A stretch of 64,000 bases of DNA from an uncultured delta proteobacterium (GTDB lineage Bacteria > Desulfobacterota > Desulfobaccia > Desulfobaccales > 0-14-0-80-60-11). Shown here piece after piece: positions 18,815 through 28,244 of the stretch (within the stretch, counting starts at the first letter, position 1; every line of letters begins with the position of its first letter). The stretch covers positions 124,449 through 188,448 of the forward strand of contig CAVPBF010000004.1 in NCBI GenBank assembly GCA_963701845.1, read 5' to 3'. Under the pieces are notes generated by a model. It did not search any database. It had not been told where the DNA came from and saw only the letters and a list, made by a program, of their open reading frames with translations. The translations under genes were made by a program, and so were the position numbers.

Positions 18815-20171
18815 TTCTTTTGCCCCCCGCGTCGTGCTTGTGCAGCAATTTCATACGGTCCGGCGCCGGTAATTTGTTTGATCCGGGCCTGGCCGATTTC
18901 ATAAGCCACGGCAAACCTGATAAGTTGGAAGCGAGAGCCGGTCAGGTCCACCTGGGCCTGGAGGACGTCCAGGCCGATGGCCTTGCCATGCCGGTAAAGG
19001 GCCTGGGAGCTGGCATAGGCCTCTTCGTTAGTGGCCACGGTCTGCTTGGTGGTGACCACCCCATGTCGGGCGTTCTCCTGGTCTTTCCACGCACTGGTGA
19101 GGTCTACCTTGAGGCTGTCGAGACGATCCCGCTTTTTCTCCAGCAATTGCCGGTATTGGGAAGAGACTTTGGCCACCTGGGCCCTGGTCAGACCTCCCTC
19201 GAAAAACGGGTACTCCATAAAGACGCCGCCGATCCATTCCGGCTTGGTGCCGCCTAGATCCCGATGGCGCACATCGCTGCCGGCCTGCAAACTGACTTCC
19301 GGGAAAATAACCGCCCCGGGCCGCTTTGATCAGAGTCTGGCTCTGGGCAATATCCAAATCTAACTTTTTGAGTTCCGGGTTGCCCTTGACCACTTCCTGC
19401 CACAACGAGGTCAAGTCTCCGGCGGCAGTAAATTCCTGCGGCAGTCGTCCCTTAATATCAACCTGGACCTGCTTCTTTCAGCCCCAGGGTGCGGGCCAGA
19501 ATTTCCTGGGCCAGGCGCACCGCGTTTTGGGCTTCCACCACCGCCTGGTCGGCCTCGGATACCTGGGATTGGGCCCGAACGAAATCCAGGTTGGTGATTT
19601 TCCCGGCCTTATAGAAAGCCTCGGTCAACTTGCGCGAACTCCTGGCGCTGTTCAGGGCCTCTTGGGCCACTTTGAGGTTCTCCTTGGCCTCGATCAACGG
19701 TAAAAGGCCTGGGTCACCGTAAAGGCCAGTTCGTCGGCGGTGCGCTTGAACTTCCTGTTTCTGGGCCTGGGTCCCGGTCTTGGCGGCTTGGGTATTGTAA
19801 TAGGTCTTCAGGCCGTCGAAGATAAGCTGTTTGCCGAGGACCCCGCTATAGCCTTCCCGTTTGAATAGCTCAAACGGGCCGGGGTTGCCTTGCGGTGGGA
19901 AGCGGTTGGGCGGCTGTCGGTTATAGTAGGACGTCAATACGAGCCTGGGGAAAAACTTGGACCGGGCCGCCTGGTAATCCGCCACCAGCTCCTGGATCTT
20001 CTCCCGGCTGCCGGCCAAGGACCGGGTTTTGTTGCCGGGCGATGGCCTGGCAATCTTCCAGACTCAGGGCCTGGTAATTCTTCTCTGCCGCGGCGGCCTG
20101 AGCCATCAAATAACAGCATCGCGCCGAGGACGAGGAAAATAAACTTCCAGCCTTTGCGATGGTACCAACAT
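18811..20171 (-). pseudogene. TolC-like outer membrane efflux protein, several frame disruptions
   Basis: Fragments in four ORFs show TolC-repeat character (..YQAARSKFFPRLVLTSYY.., ..LNSARSSRKLTEAFYKAGKITNLDFVRAQSQVSEA.., ..YRHGKAIGLDVLQAQVDLTGSRFQLI..). A signal-peptide-like WKFIFLVLGAMLLF lies in yet another frame near 20100-20150. Confidence 0.7.
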
Positions 20172-20215
20172 TGCCAATCTCCACCTTGAGGGTATGATCC
20201 GGCACATCCCCAAGT

Positions 20216-21397
20216 TTAGAATATGATCAGGGATAGACCGACTACGGCCGGAACAATCCATAATAGGTTCACTTCAAAAACGATGAGGGCGATGGTCGTC
20301 GCTGCGGTTAATAATAAATCCGGTACACCGGTAAGGGTTGCCTGGCCCATCTGCAAGGTCACCAGGGCCAGCATGCCCACCAAAGCTGCCAAGATGCCTT
20401 GAATCGCCGGACGCATCCACCGGGCCTCCTTGAGCCGCTGGTAGTAAGGGGTCAAAAAGATGATGAGCAAAATCGGAGGAAGGAATACGGAAATCGTGGC
20501 CAATCCTGCACCAAGAAGCCCGTACACCCGGTAGCCCACGAAGGTGGCCAGGATGATAATCGGACCAGGGGTAATAAATCCCAGGAGAATGCCATCCATA
20601 AACTGTTTGAGAGTGAGCCAGTGCCATGCATTTACCACATCCCATTGCAAAATCGGGATCATGGCGTAGCCGCCTCCGAAGCTCACCACACCAATTTTAA
20701 GGAAGATTTGGGCCATCTTGCTCAGGTCGGGTTGTAGCCTCCCCAACACCCAGACTGCCAGCCCAACCCCAAACAAGACCAGTATGACCACAGCTAAGGT
20801 CTGCCCCAGGCGCGGGTTAGTGCTTGCAACCGCCGGGTTTTGAGAATCGTGACCGGCAAAAAACCAAAGCCCCAGGGCCATCCGGAGGAGTCCGGCAACC
20901 AGGAAAACCAGGAGGAAATTCACTCGCAGCCAAAAGGCCCCCAAGGCCAGGAGGGCGATAGCCGCATCGAGCCAATGTTTCCGAACCGCTTGACTCAAGC
21001 GCCATAAGGCTTGGAGCAGAAGAGCGATGACCATGGCCCCCATCCCCCGGGAAACGGCTTGCACCCAGGAGATGTCGGTATATTTAAAATAAAGAAACGA
21101 CAGCGCCAGCATCAAGATGAAAGCGGGCAAGATGAACGCCGCGGCTGCAATGAGGCCGCCGACTACTCGCCGGAGCCGGTATCCTATGTAGGTTCCCAAT
21201 TGCACCATTGTGGCCCCGGGCAGTAGCTGGCATAAAGCCAGACCATCCAGGAATTCCTCCTGGTGCAGCCAGCCCTGTTGCTCCACCGTCATCTTGCGCA
21301 TGGGCTCCACCATGGCCAGGCCGCCGAAGGCGGTCAGCCCCAGGTGCAGGAAGGCGCGGGCAATATGGGCAATTGATGGTTCAGCAACGGTTTTCAT
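20216..21397 (-). CDS. chrA: chromate transporter (CHR family)
   Basis: 393-aa polytopic ORF with duplicated CHR halves: FLHLGLTAFGGLAMVEPM..QLLPGATMVQLGTYIGY and FLKIGVVSFGGGYAMIPIL..ITPGPIIILATFVGY. Confidence 0.85.
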   Translation of the reverse strand: MKTVAEPSIAHIARAFLHLGLTAFGGLAMVEPMRKMTVEQQGWLHQEEFLDGLALCQLLPGATMVQLGTYIGYRLRRVVGGLIAAAAFILPAFILMLALSFLYFKYTDISWVQAVSRGMGAMVIALLLQALWRLSQAVRKHWLDAAIALLALGAFWLRVNFLLVFLVAGLLRMALGLWFFAGHDSQNPAVASTNPRLGQTLAVVILVLFGVGLAVWVLGRLQPDLSKMAQIFLKIGVVSFGGGYAMIPILQWDVVNAWHWLTLKQFMDGILLGFITPGPIIILATFVGYRVYGLLGAGLATISVFLPPILLIIFLTPYYQRLKEARWMRPAIQGILAALVGMLALVTLQMGQATLTGVPDLLLTAATTIALIVFEVNLLWIVPAVVGLSLIIF

Positions 21398-21638
21398 GGC
21401 GAAGATTTATGAACCTTGGTTCTAATATTTGGAACTGGAAAAATGCAGAAATCCGGCGCTTTCAAGAGTTTTTCCTTAAAATTCCTGAGGTCTCTGATAA
21501 GAATGTTGCCTGGACTGCGTCTTAGACGGGTAGGTAATCAGGCTCTGGGCGTGAGAGCCGGTCTTCCTTATCCATAAAGCCTCCTTTGATCCGTTGGCTG
21601 GATAAATGGTATGATGCCGGCTGAAAAAGTAGTATGAT

Positions 21639-22337
21639 TTGAATCATAAAAAGACCGATTTTCTCAAAAATTATCGTGAGGTTGCGGTAGTGCTGGCAGG
21701 AATCCCGATCTTCGCCAATCTTTCTCCGGAGCATCTCCAGGCGTTAGAAGAGATTACCCAGGAGATTTTTCTGGCCAAAGGAGCGCAGCTTTTTGCTCCT
21801 GGTGATCCATCCCGAGGTTTTTATGTGGTCAAGGATGGCGCCGTGCGGGTTTACGGGATGTCTCCCCAGGGTAAAGAGATTACCCAGGAAATCGCCGCTC
21901 CGGGTAGCGCCTTCGCCTTAGCCAGTCCATTTGCCGGGACTTGCCACTGCTTTGCGGAGGCGCTGAAAGACAGCCGGCTTTACCTCATCAAAAGGAAGGG
22001 ATTCATTGACCTGGTAACCGATGATAAAGTATTCGCTATCGAATGGATACGGATGCTCTCCCTGATGGTCGTTAACCTGCGGAGACGCCTGGTCGAATTA
22101 ACCCTCACCACCCCCAAGGCGAGAATTGCCAGTTATCTTTTGGTCCTGGCCGAAATGCAAAATTCCCGGTCCATTACCTTACCTGTCGCCCGCAAGGAAC
22201 TGGCCACTTTTCTGGGCATGACTCATGAGACTTTATATCGTACCACCAAGGAAATGGTCGATGGTGGCCTGGTGCGGTTTACCGGGAAATCGGTTGACAT
22301 CCTGGACCAGGACCGGCTGACGAAAATTATGGAGTGA
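21639..22337 (+). CDS. Crp/Fnr family transcriptional regulator
   Basis: N-terminal cNMP-binding-like domain (FAPGDPSRGFYVVKDGAVRVY) and C-terminal HTH (RKELATFLGMTHETLYRTTKEM). TTG start as given in the ORF track. Confidence 0.8.
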   Translation: MNHKKTDFLKNYREVAVVLAGIPIFANLSPEHLQALEEITQEIFLAKGAQLFAPGDPSRGFYVVKDGAVRVYGMSPQGKEITQEIAAPGSAFALASPFAGTCHCFAEALKDSRLYLIKRKGFIDLVTDDKVFAIEWIRMLSLMVVNLRRRLVELTLTTPKARIASYLLVLAEMQNSRSITLPVARKELATFLGMTHETLYRTTKEMVDGGLVRFTGKSVDILDQDRLTKIME

Positions 22338-22690
22338 ACTGAGCAGCTAAGGGCGACGCAAATAAATTATTTCTTGTGGTTCTTACGGGGAGAAGCCCAC
22401 ACCGGGTACCCGAAATCATCCCGCAAATTGAAAAACTTGGCCCCTTAAAGACTGCAAAATAGAAGATTACTGCTATAAGTAGAGACTTATCAAGTTCCTG
22501 AAAATTCTACCTATCCGGATCATATATGCAGTTTTTGATTGCTCGGTGATAAGGGAAGGGTTTGGCAAGCTGTACGTAATAAAGTCTGTTTTTTCTATAG
22601 ATTGTGGTGGGTTAGGTACTCTTTTTCTCTCTCATCATTTCCTTACTGTCAAGCGATTTTTGATGTAGCCCTTCTTTCTGGGGGAGTCTA

Positions 22691-22750
22691 GGCAGGGGGC
22701 GCCTGCGAGAATGGGCCCTAAATGGCTCGTCGGAGCAGGCGCCCCCTGCC
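22691..22750. repeat. perfect 16-bp inverted repeat with a 28-nt spacer inside the element
   Basis: ggcagggggcgcctgc (22691-22706) pairs with gcaggcgccccctgcc (22735-22750). Located just 3' of the distal recombinase gene. Confidence 0.8.
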
Positions 22751-22789
22751 GGGTTAGATGCCTGAAGCTTGGTTTTGTCATGGGCTCAC

Positions 22790-23666
22790 TCATCCAGTCC
22801 TCTGCAGAACCACCGCCATGGCCTGGTGATAGTCCCGCTGCACCTTGAGATTGGACACCCGGCAGTAGCGCTGGGTGGTCTTGATCCGGGTATGTCCCAG
22901 GAGATCCTGGATGGTCACCAGGGCAGCATCGGCATTGAGGAGCTGGGTGGCCATGGTGTGCCGCAGCTGGTGGCACGACACCTTGAGCCTTGCCTGGCGG
23001 GCGTAATGCTCCAGGCGTTTTTGGATGCCCCGCACCGAGATGGCTTTGCCCCGGCATCTGCCTTTATCCACCAGGAAGACTTCTTTGACCCGGCTGGCCG
23101 GCCGTACCCGGAGATACTGGACCAGGGCCTCATAGGCATCATCGCTCAGGTAGACCACCCGATCTTTGGCGCCTTTGCCATGGTGGACAAAGAGCTGACT
23201 GCGCCGCAGGTCCAGGGCGGCCAGTTTCAGCCGGGCCACCTCCTCCACCCGCAAGCCGCAGCGGAGCATCAGCATGACCATGGCCCGATCCCGCTGGTGG
23301 TGGACGACCTTGAGGAGCCTGTGGACCTCTTCATCCCGCAGGTGACGGGGCAACGGCCGGGACAGCCGCAAGGCATAGCCGCGCTTCACCGGGTTGACCA
23401 TCGGCCACCTGCTCTTCTTCAATCAGGTAGTGGTAAAACCCCCGGATGCTGTCCAGATGGCAGTTGATGGTCTTGGGCTGCAGCCCTCTATCCAGCAGGT
23501 GATCGAGGTATGCCAGCAGCTTCTTATGGGTCACCGCCTCGATGGGGACATCCACCCAGACCACGAACTGCTTCAGCGTGTGCATATAGTTCTTAATGGT
23601 ATGGCCCGAGTAGTTCCTTCTCTTCAAGAACCGGCGGTAATTCAGGATGGCGGTGGTAATGGCCAT
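22790..23666 (-). pseudogene. tyrosine recombinase (XerC/D-like), one frame disruption near 23400
   Basis: The N-terminal SAM-like domain (TIKNYMHTLKQFVVW..INCHLDSIRGFYHYL) is in ORF 23331..23666. The catalytic domain is in ORF 22790..23422 (LRCGLRVEEV, HHGKGAKDR, HQLRHTMATQLL, LLGHTRIKTTQRY). Confidence 0.85.
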
Positions 23667-24698
23667 GGGGTTCTCCCTTTTCGATGATCGCCATCGCCCG
23701 GAAGTACTCTTCCCGGCGGGTGTTGTCCGTCAACCTGGCGTAACGCCGGGTCATCTCGATGCTGCTGTGGCCCAGGAGCTGTTGCAGACACTCCAGGCGC
23801 ATGCCGGCGTTCAACAGCTCGGTGGCGCAGGTATGCCGCAGACAATGCAGACTATAGCCCTTATGCGCCAGGCCTGCCTTTTCCAGATATCTTGACGAAC
23901 CTCATTCGGCTCGCAGTGTAGCCCAAACGCAGCCGTCCCTGGCCGTAAAACAGACGCTCCTTCTCCGGGTCTCTCTTTTCCAGCCACACTGTTAAGGCCT
24001 GCACAGGCGTCCTCACTTAAGTAGGCCACCCGGCCCACCCGCGTCTTCTGGGCTTCCCTGATGATGATCCGCTTTTCCCTGAGGTTCACCTCGCTCATCC
24101 TGGTGGCCAGCAGTTCCCCGATGCGCATCCCGGTCCGGAGCAACACTAGGATCAGGGCCCGGTCCCGGGGTTTCTCAATCACAGCCAGGAACTGCTGGAC
24201 ATCCTCCGGGTCCATGGCCCGGGGCAGCGCCTCCGGCACCTTGACCCGCAGCTTCCTTTTCAGCAGATCGGGATGCACCACTTCCTGATCCACCAGATAC
24301 CGGAGAAAGGCATAGAGGAGTCTCAACCGGGTGGACACGGTGTTGGGCTGCATGCCCCGGTCCTGCTCGTGTTCGATAAAGCTGCTCATATCATCCCGGG
24401 TGATGGTTTCCAGGGAGGTCCTACCCCGCTCCTTCAGGTAGGACAGAAAGAGCATCAACGTCGTAAAGTTGCTGCGGATGGTGTTGGGCCGGCAGTTGCG
24501 CCGCTTCTGGTCGTGCAAATAGTCCTTGACGTATGGCTCCCCCAACAGTTCCTTTTCGCCCAACTGCTTTAAGCACTTTTCAATCAGCGGATTCTGGAGA
24601 CTAGGGTGTAACCCGTCCGTGACTTGAGGCGGACTCCCAGGTGGGTTGAACGGCTGGCGGTCTGGGAATTTCTCTTGAGGAACATGCTCAATGGTCAT
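23593..24698 (-). pseudogene. second tyrosine recombinase, at least two frame disruptions near 23860-23990
   Basis: Start MTIEHV at 24698 behind AAGGAGG. Contains TIRSNFTTLMLFLSYL and LLRTGMRIGEL. The C-terminus continues in other frames as ..TVWLEKRDPEKERLFYGQGR.. and ..HCLRHTCATELLNAGMRLECLQQLLGHSSIEMTRRYARL. Its 3' end overlaps the start of the downstream recombinase. Confidence 0.85.
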
Positions 24699-24822
24699 CA
24701 CTACCTCCTTTTCCTCAGAAAAAACAGGTAGATGATGACCTGGAAATCTATCTCCCGTCAATCACCTTTTTATTACGTACAGTGGCAAGATATCAACCAC
24801 TGAGAGAGAATTGGCGAAAGTG

Positions 24823-27636
24823 TTAAGATGTTTTGAGGCCATTCCAGGTCCACCCCCTTCCTTTGCTGGTCTGCTGCGATGATGAGCTTCCCAAGAGGGC
24901 ATGGAACCAGTTGGCTGAGGGCTTGATTTTATGCTCTACCATTTGCAGGATGGCCGGCAGCACTCTCAATGACGCCCACAGCACGCATAGACTGCCCACG
25001 GTGGCTAAAAGACCGAGCGAAAACGTCCCCTGGTGGCTGGAGATCATTAAGCTTCCAAAACCGACTGTGGTGGTCAGGGAGGCTAAGGCCACGCCCTTGG
25101 CGGTGCTGACCGGTAAAGTAATGCCTTGGGCCGAGCCCTCCAACTGCCATCGGGTCAGGATGATGATCCCAAATTCAACCCCTTCTCCCAAAATCAGAGG
25201 CAGAAATAATACGTTGGCCTGGTTGAAGGGCAGACCCAACAGCAGCATCAGGACCAAGGTCAGGCAGGTCCCCACACATAGAGGAACCAGGGCCAGAAGG
25301 GTCATGACAAGGCTGCGGTAAAAAAAGAGCAGCATGGCGGCAATGGCCAAAACCGCGATACCGGAGGCGGAAAGGATGGCATTGCGGAAATCTCTGGTAA
25401 TGAAATAGAGCAGGACCGGGTCCCCTACAGCCTGCGGATCTACCGTCTGAATGCTTTTAACGAACTGACCCAAAGGAGCCGTATCCCAAATATCCTGCGC
25501 GGGGAAAGCCTTAATCAAATAGAGTCCATCATGCATATTGCGCACCCGGACCGCCGGGGGCAGGTTTTCGGGGGTCATATCCGGCAAGGTCAGGACGGAT
25601 TTTACATATCCCTGAAAGAGGCCCCATTTATCATGAAGGTCTGCAAAAAGATGGCCCTCGAAATCGGCCAGCCGGTTGCTGATCACGGGATTCTGCGAAC
25701 CGAGGACCGGCAATATTTGATTAATTAGACGATGAGTCTCCAAGATGTTTTCCTTAGTGGCCGCCTTTTGTTCTTCCAGTTCTTTGCCGGCTTCATCAAT
25801 TTTAAAATTGATGCGGCTCAGGATACCGGCCAACTCTTTCGGGTCGGAAGGCATTGATACTCCGGTCAATTGTACCGATGCCGCCAGGGGTTCCAGGTCT
25901 TTCAGAATCGAGCGCTTTTCCTGTTGATGAGCTGGCAAAAAAGAGAGCATCGACTCCACGTGCGAAACGGTTTTCAATTTCTTTAAGGCGGTGGTTTTGT
26001 CTTCCAGCTCCTTGAGAGATGCGGCGGTCATGGCCGCAAATGTAGTGGAATACTGTGATTCTTTCAGGATGCGCATTTCCCAGACCACCGACTCAACCCG
26101 GGGATTTTGCAGGTGCAGGGGATTTAAGTCGAACTGCACTCGGAACAGGCTGAAAATTCCCAAACTGGTGATCACCAGGCCCGTAAATATTATAAATTTC
26201 GGATACCTCCACTTCAGGTTCAGAAAAGGAGAGTGATCTACGGGACATCTTGCAGGCAGACCTGCCCTAACATATGGCTCGCTGGCCAGCGCCAGGGGAG
26301 GGGCCAGTAAAATTGTCGCTATCAGCATGATGAAGATCCCGATGGCGAGTATGAGCCCCAATTCCGCCAATCCCTTAAAATTCACGAAAGCTAGGGGCAG
26401 GAAAGAAAACAACGCAGCCAGGCCGGCATAGATTATCCCTGGAAGACTCCTAAGCACACCGCCATTTAAGGCCATCAGCGTAGCAGTTTGTTCATAGGCG
26501 GCATCTTCCTCGTCCAACCGGCATAACCAGTGAACCCCATAATCTATGCCGAGCCCCAAAATCAAGGGGGCGAAGATCACTGACAAGATATTCAGATGGC
26601 CGACTATTAAGGTGGCCAGGCCGAAGGTCCAGCAGACTGCGATTATCAGGATGACCACTTCCACCAAAGGCCGCCGCAGTCCCCGGAAAAAGACGACGAG
26701 CAGACCGAACTGGCCCAGCAGAGAGAGCCACGTGGCCAGGGTGACGGAATTCATGGAACTCTGCATTTCATCGGCTTGCAGGGCGTCGGGCCCGGTTACA
26801 CCAACCTCTAAGCCGGGGAACTGCGCTTGCACCTGGTGCACCAATTCTCGAAGCAGTTCCAAAGTCTTGGCCGTCTCTGAAAAATTTCCGGGCTTCGGAC
26901 TCACCATAATGGCAAGAAATTTATCGTTCTCGGTAAAAAAATAGCCTTCTTCACTCAAATCGCTGCTGGTTACCGGAAACAGACTTTGAAAAGGGGAGAC
27001 AAAAGGGCGCCCTTCTTGAAGGCTCAGCAAGAGTTGTTTAAGGCTGTTATTGAGCAGGGAAACGTCGGGCAGTTCCTGGTGGGGCTGCTCCTCGAGAAAA
27101 TCGGTAAACGCAGCCTTGATCATCAGGCGAGCCATCTGCTCGTTGATCTGCGTATAGAAGTTGACCAGACTGGGCCTGTCAGCCAGCCGGTTGATAAGAT
27201 CACCCTGATCCAGGAGATTATCCCTCAGTTTTTTTAGATCAGCGATCTCTGGATAAAGGAGGGCCCAGGGCTTCAGGCTGTTCGTGTCCACGCGATAGAA
27301 GATTTCGGGTAATCGATCCGGGTAGCGGCGCAGCTCGGCAACCAGGGCTTCAGCAAACTTGATGCTTTGCCGCCGCTCCACATTTCGAACCATCACTACC
27401 ATACCGTCGCGACCGCCGAACGCTTTATCAATTCGGTCAGTAAGATTAATAAGGTCCTTGTTGGCCGAGATCAGGTTTTTCCGATCGGTATCGATTTTCA
27501 GATGCGCCATCGTGTAGAAGACTGAAATGGCGGCCAGCGCCACGGCCAGCAAAATCCCGAACCACCGAAGCCATGGGTTCCTCAGATAGTCGATGACCGT
27601 CGCACAAATTTGCTGAAGTTTTTCATTAAATTTCAT
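24823..27636 (-). CDS. MMPL/RND-superfamily exporter (COG1033 / HpnN-like)
   Basis: 937-aa ORF with two 6-TM bundles separated by large periplasmic-type domains. GLGIDYGVH and LGEGVEFGII are typical of MMPL/SSD-type RND proteins. Confidence 0.85.
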   Translation of the reverse strand: MKFNEKLQQICATVIDYLRNPWLRWFGILLAVALAAISVFYTMAHLKIDTDRKNLISANKDLINLTDRIDKAFGGRDGMVVMVRNVERRQSIKFAEALVAELRRYPDRLPEIFYRVDTNSLKPWALLYPEIADLKKLRDNLLDQGDLINRLADRPSLVNFYTQINEQMARLMIKAAFTDFLEEQPHQELPDVSLLNNSLKQLLLSLQEGRPFVSPFQSLFPVTSSDLSEEGYFFTENDKFLAIMVSPKPGNFSETAKTLELLRELVHQVQAQFPGLEVGVTGPDALQADEMQSSMNSVTLATWLSLLGQFGLLVVFFRGLRRPLVEVVILIIAVCWTFGLATLIVGHLNILSVIFAPLILGLGIDYGVHWLCRLDEEDAAYEQTATLMALNGGVLRSLPGIIYAGLAALFSFLPLAFVNFKGLAELGLILAIGIFIMLIATILLAPPLALASEPYVRAGLPARCPVDHSPFLNLKWRYPKFIIFTGLVITSLGIFSLFRVQFDLNPLHLQNPRVESVVWEMRILKESQYSTTFAAMTAASLKELEDKTTALKKLKTVSHVESMLSFLPAHQQEKRSILKDLEPLAASVQLTGVSMPSDPKELAGILSRINFKIDEAGKELEEQKAATKENILETHRLINQILPVLGSQNPVISNRLADFEGHLFADLHDKWGLFQGYVKSVLTLPDMTPENLPPAVRVRNMHDGLYLIKAFPAQDIWDTAPLGQFVKSIQTVDPQAVGDPVLLYFITRDFRNAILSASGIAVLAIAAMLLFFYRSLVMTLLALVPLCVGTCLTLVLMLLLGLPFNQANVLFLPLILGEGVEFGIIILTRWQLEGSAQGITLPVSTAKGVALASLTTTVGFGSLMISSHQGTFSLGLLATVGSLCVLWASLRVLPAILQMVEHKIKPSANWFHALLGSSSSQQTSKGRGWTWNGLKTS

Positions 27637-27780
27637 GATAATTCCTCACTCGTTTCCCGCGGTTTTTCTTTGGCCAGTCTATGGATGTTTTCGCCTAAGA
27701 AAGGTATGTTCCCAAAGGCTGCCTGAGCGTCAGGGCCTCATTGCTAATGCGCTCCATACAGAATGATTCCAACCAGGTGG

Positions 27781-27972
27781 TCAGGCTTTGCGGGGACTTG
27801 AATTCTGGTAGTTGAAAATCTTGACGCGGACCCAGACCTTCTCCGGGTGATCGGCCAGATAGCGGCGCCAGGCTTCTTCCTGGCTTTCCCCGTTGCCTAC
27901 CTCCACCACCGCCAAATTAATATTCAGGTACCGAGCCAAAACCGACCGGTCTTCAGAGTCACCCATGATCAT
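27781..27972 (-). CDS. hypothetical 63-aa protein, first ORF downstream of sigma-54 promoter P2
   Basis: GGAG RBS precedes the ATG. Non-degenerate composition. Sits between P2 and the MMPL gene on the same strand. Confidence 0.4.
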   Translation of the reverse strand: MIMGDSEDRSVLARYLNINLAVVEVGNGESQEEAWRRYLADHPEKVWVRVKIFNYQNSSPRKA

Positions 27973-28045
27973 TTTTCTCCGCAGCCGCTTAAAATTTCAC
28001 TAAATACAATTGGGAAATTCGAAGATCAGCGTTAACTGGTTCTTT

Positions 28046-28061
28046 TGCAAAGGGAATGCCA
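28046..28061 (-). promoter_or_regulatory. sigma-54 (-24/-12) promoter P2
   Basis: The minus strand reads TGGCATtccctTTGCA, with GG-N10-GC spacing exact. Points toward 27972 and the MMPL gene. Confidence 0.6.
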
Positions 28062-28101
28062 ACTGTAAGTAGTTGAAATATCTATGGTTGGTATTTCCTG
28101 G

Positions 28102-28137
28102 TTCGTGAATCTTCGAGAATTTGCGATAATTCGTAAA
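28102..28137. promoter_or_regulatory. 36-bp candidate enhancer (UAS) for P2
   Basis: ttcgtgaatcttcgagaatttgcgataattcgtaaa matches the reverse complement of 30117-30153 at 28 of 36 positions. Lies 42-78 bp upstream of the P2 -24 element. Confidence 0.5.
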
Positions 28138-28244
28138 AATTAATGGATAGTGGCTGACGCCTTTGATAAAATTTACCTACAAGTTTTTAAATTCACCGCC
28201 TGTCCTGCTAAGGATTCAGTCGTGTCAAATAAGAATCCGAGATA

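Larger units (their letters stand above)
22570..24782. mobile_element. 2.2-kb insertion carrying two tandem tyrosine recombinases, with 14-bp terminal inverted repeats and a 7-bp flanking direct repeat
   Basis: IR-L CTGTACGTAATAAA (22570-22583) is the reverse complement of 24769-24782. TGGCAAG abuts both ends (22563-22569 and 24783-24789). Both internal genes are recombinases. The insertion is intergenic, between the crp-like and MMPL genes. Confidence 0.6.
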
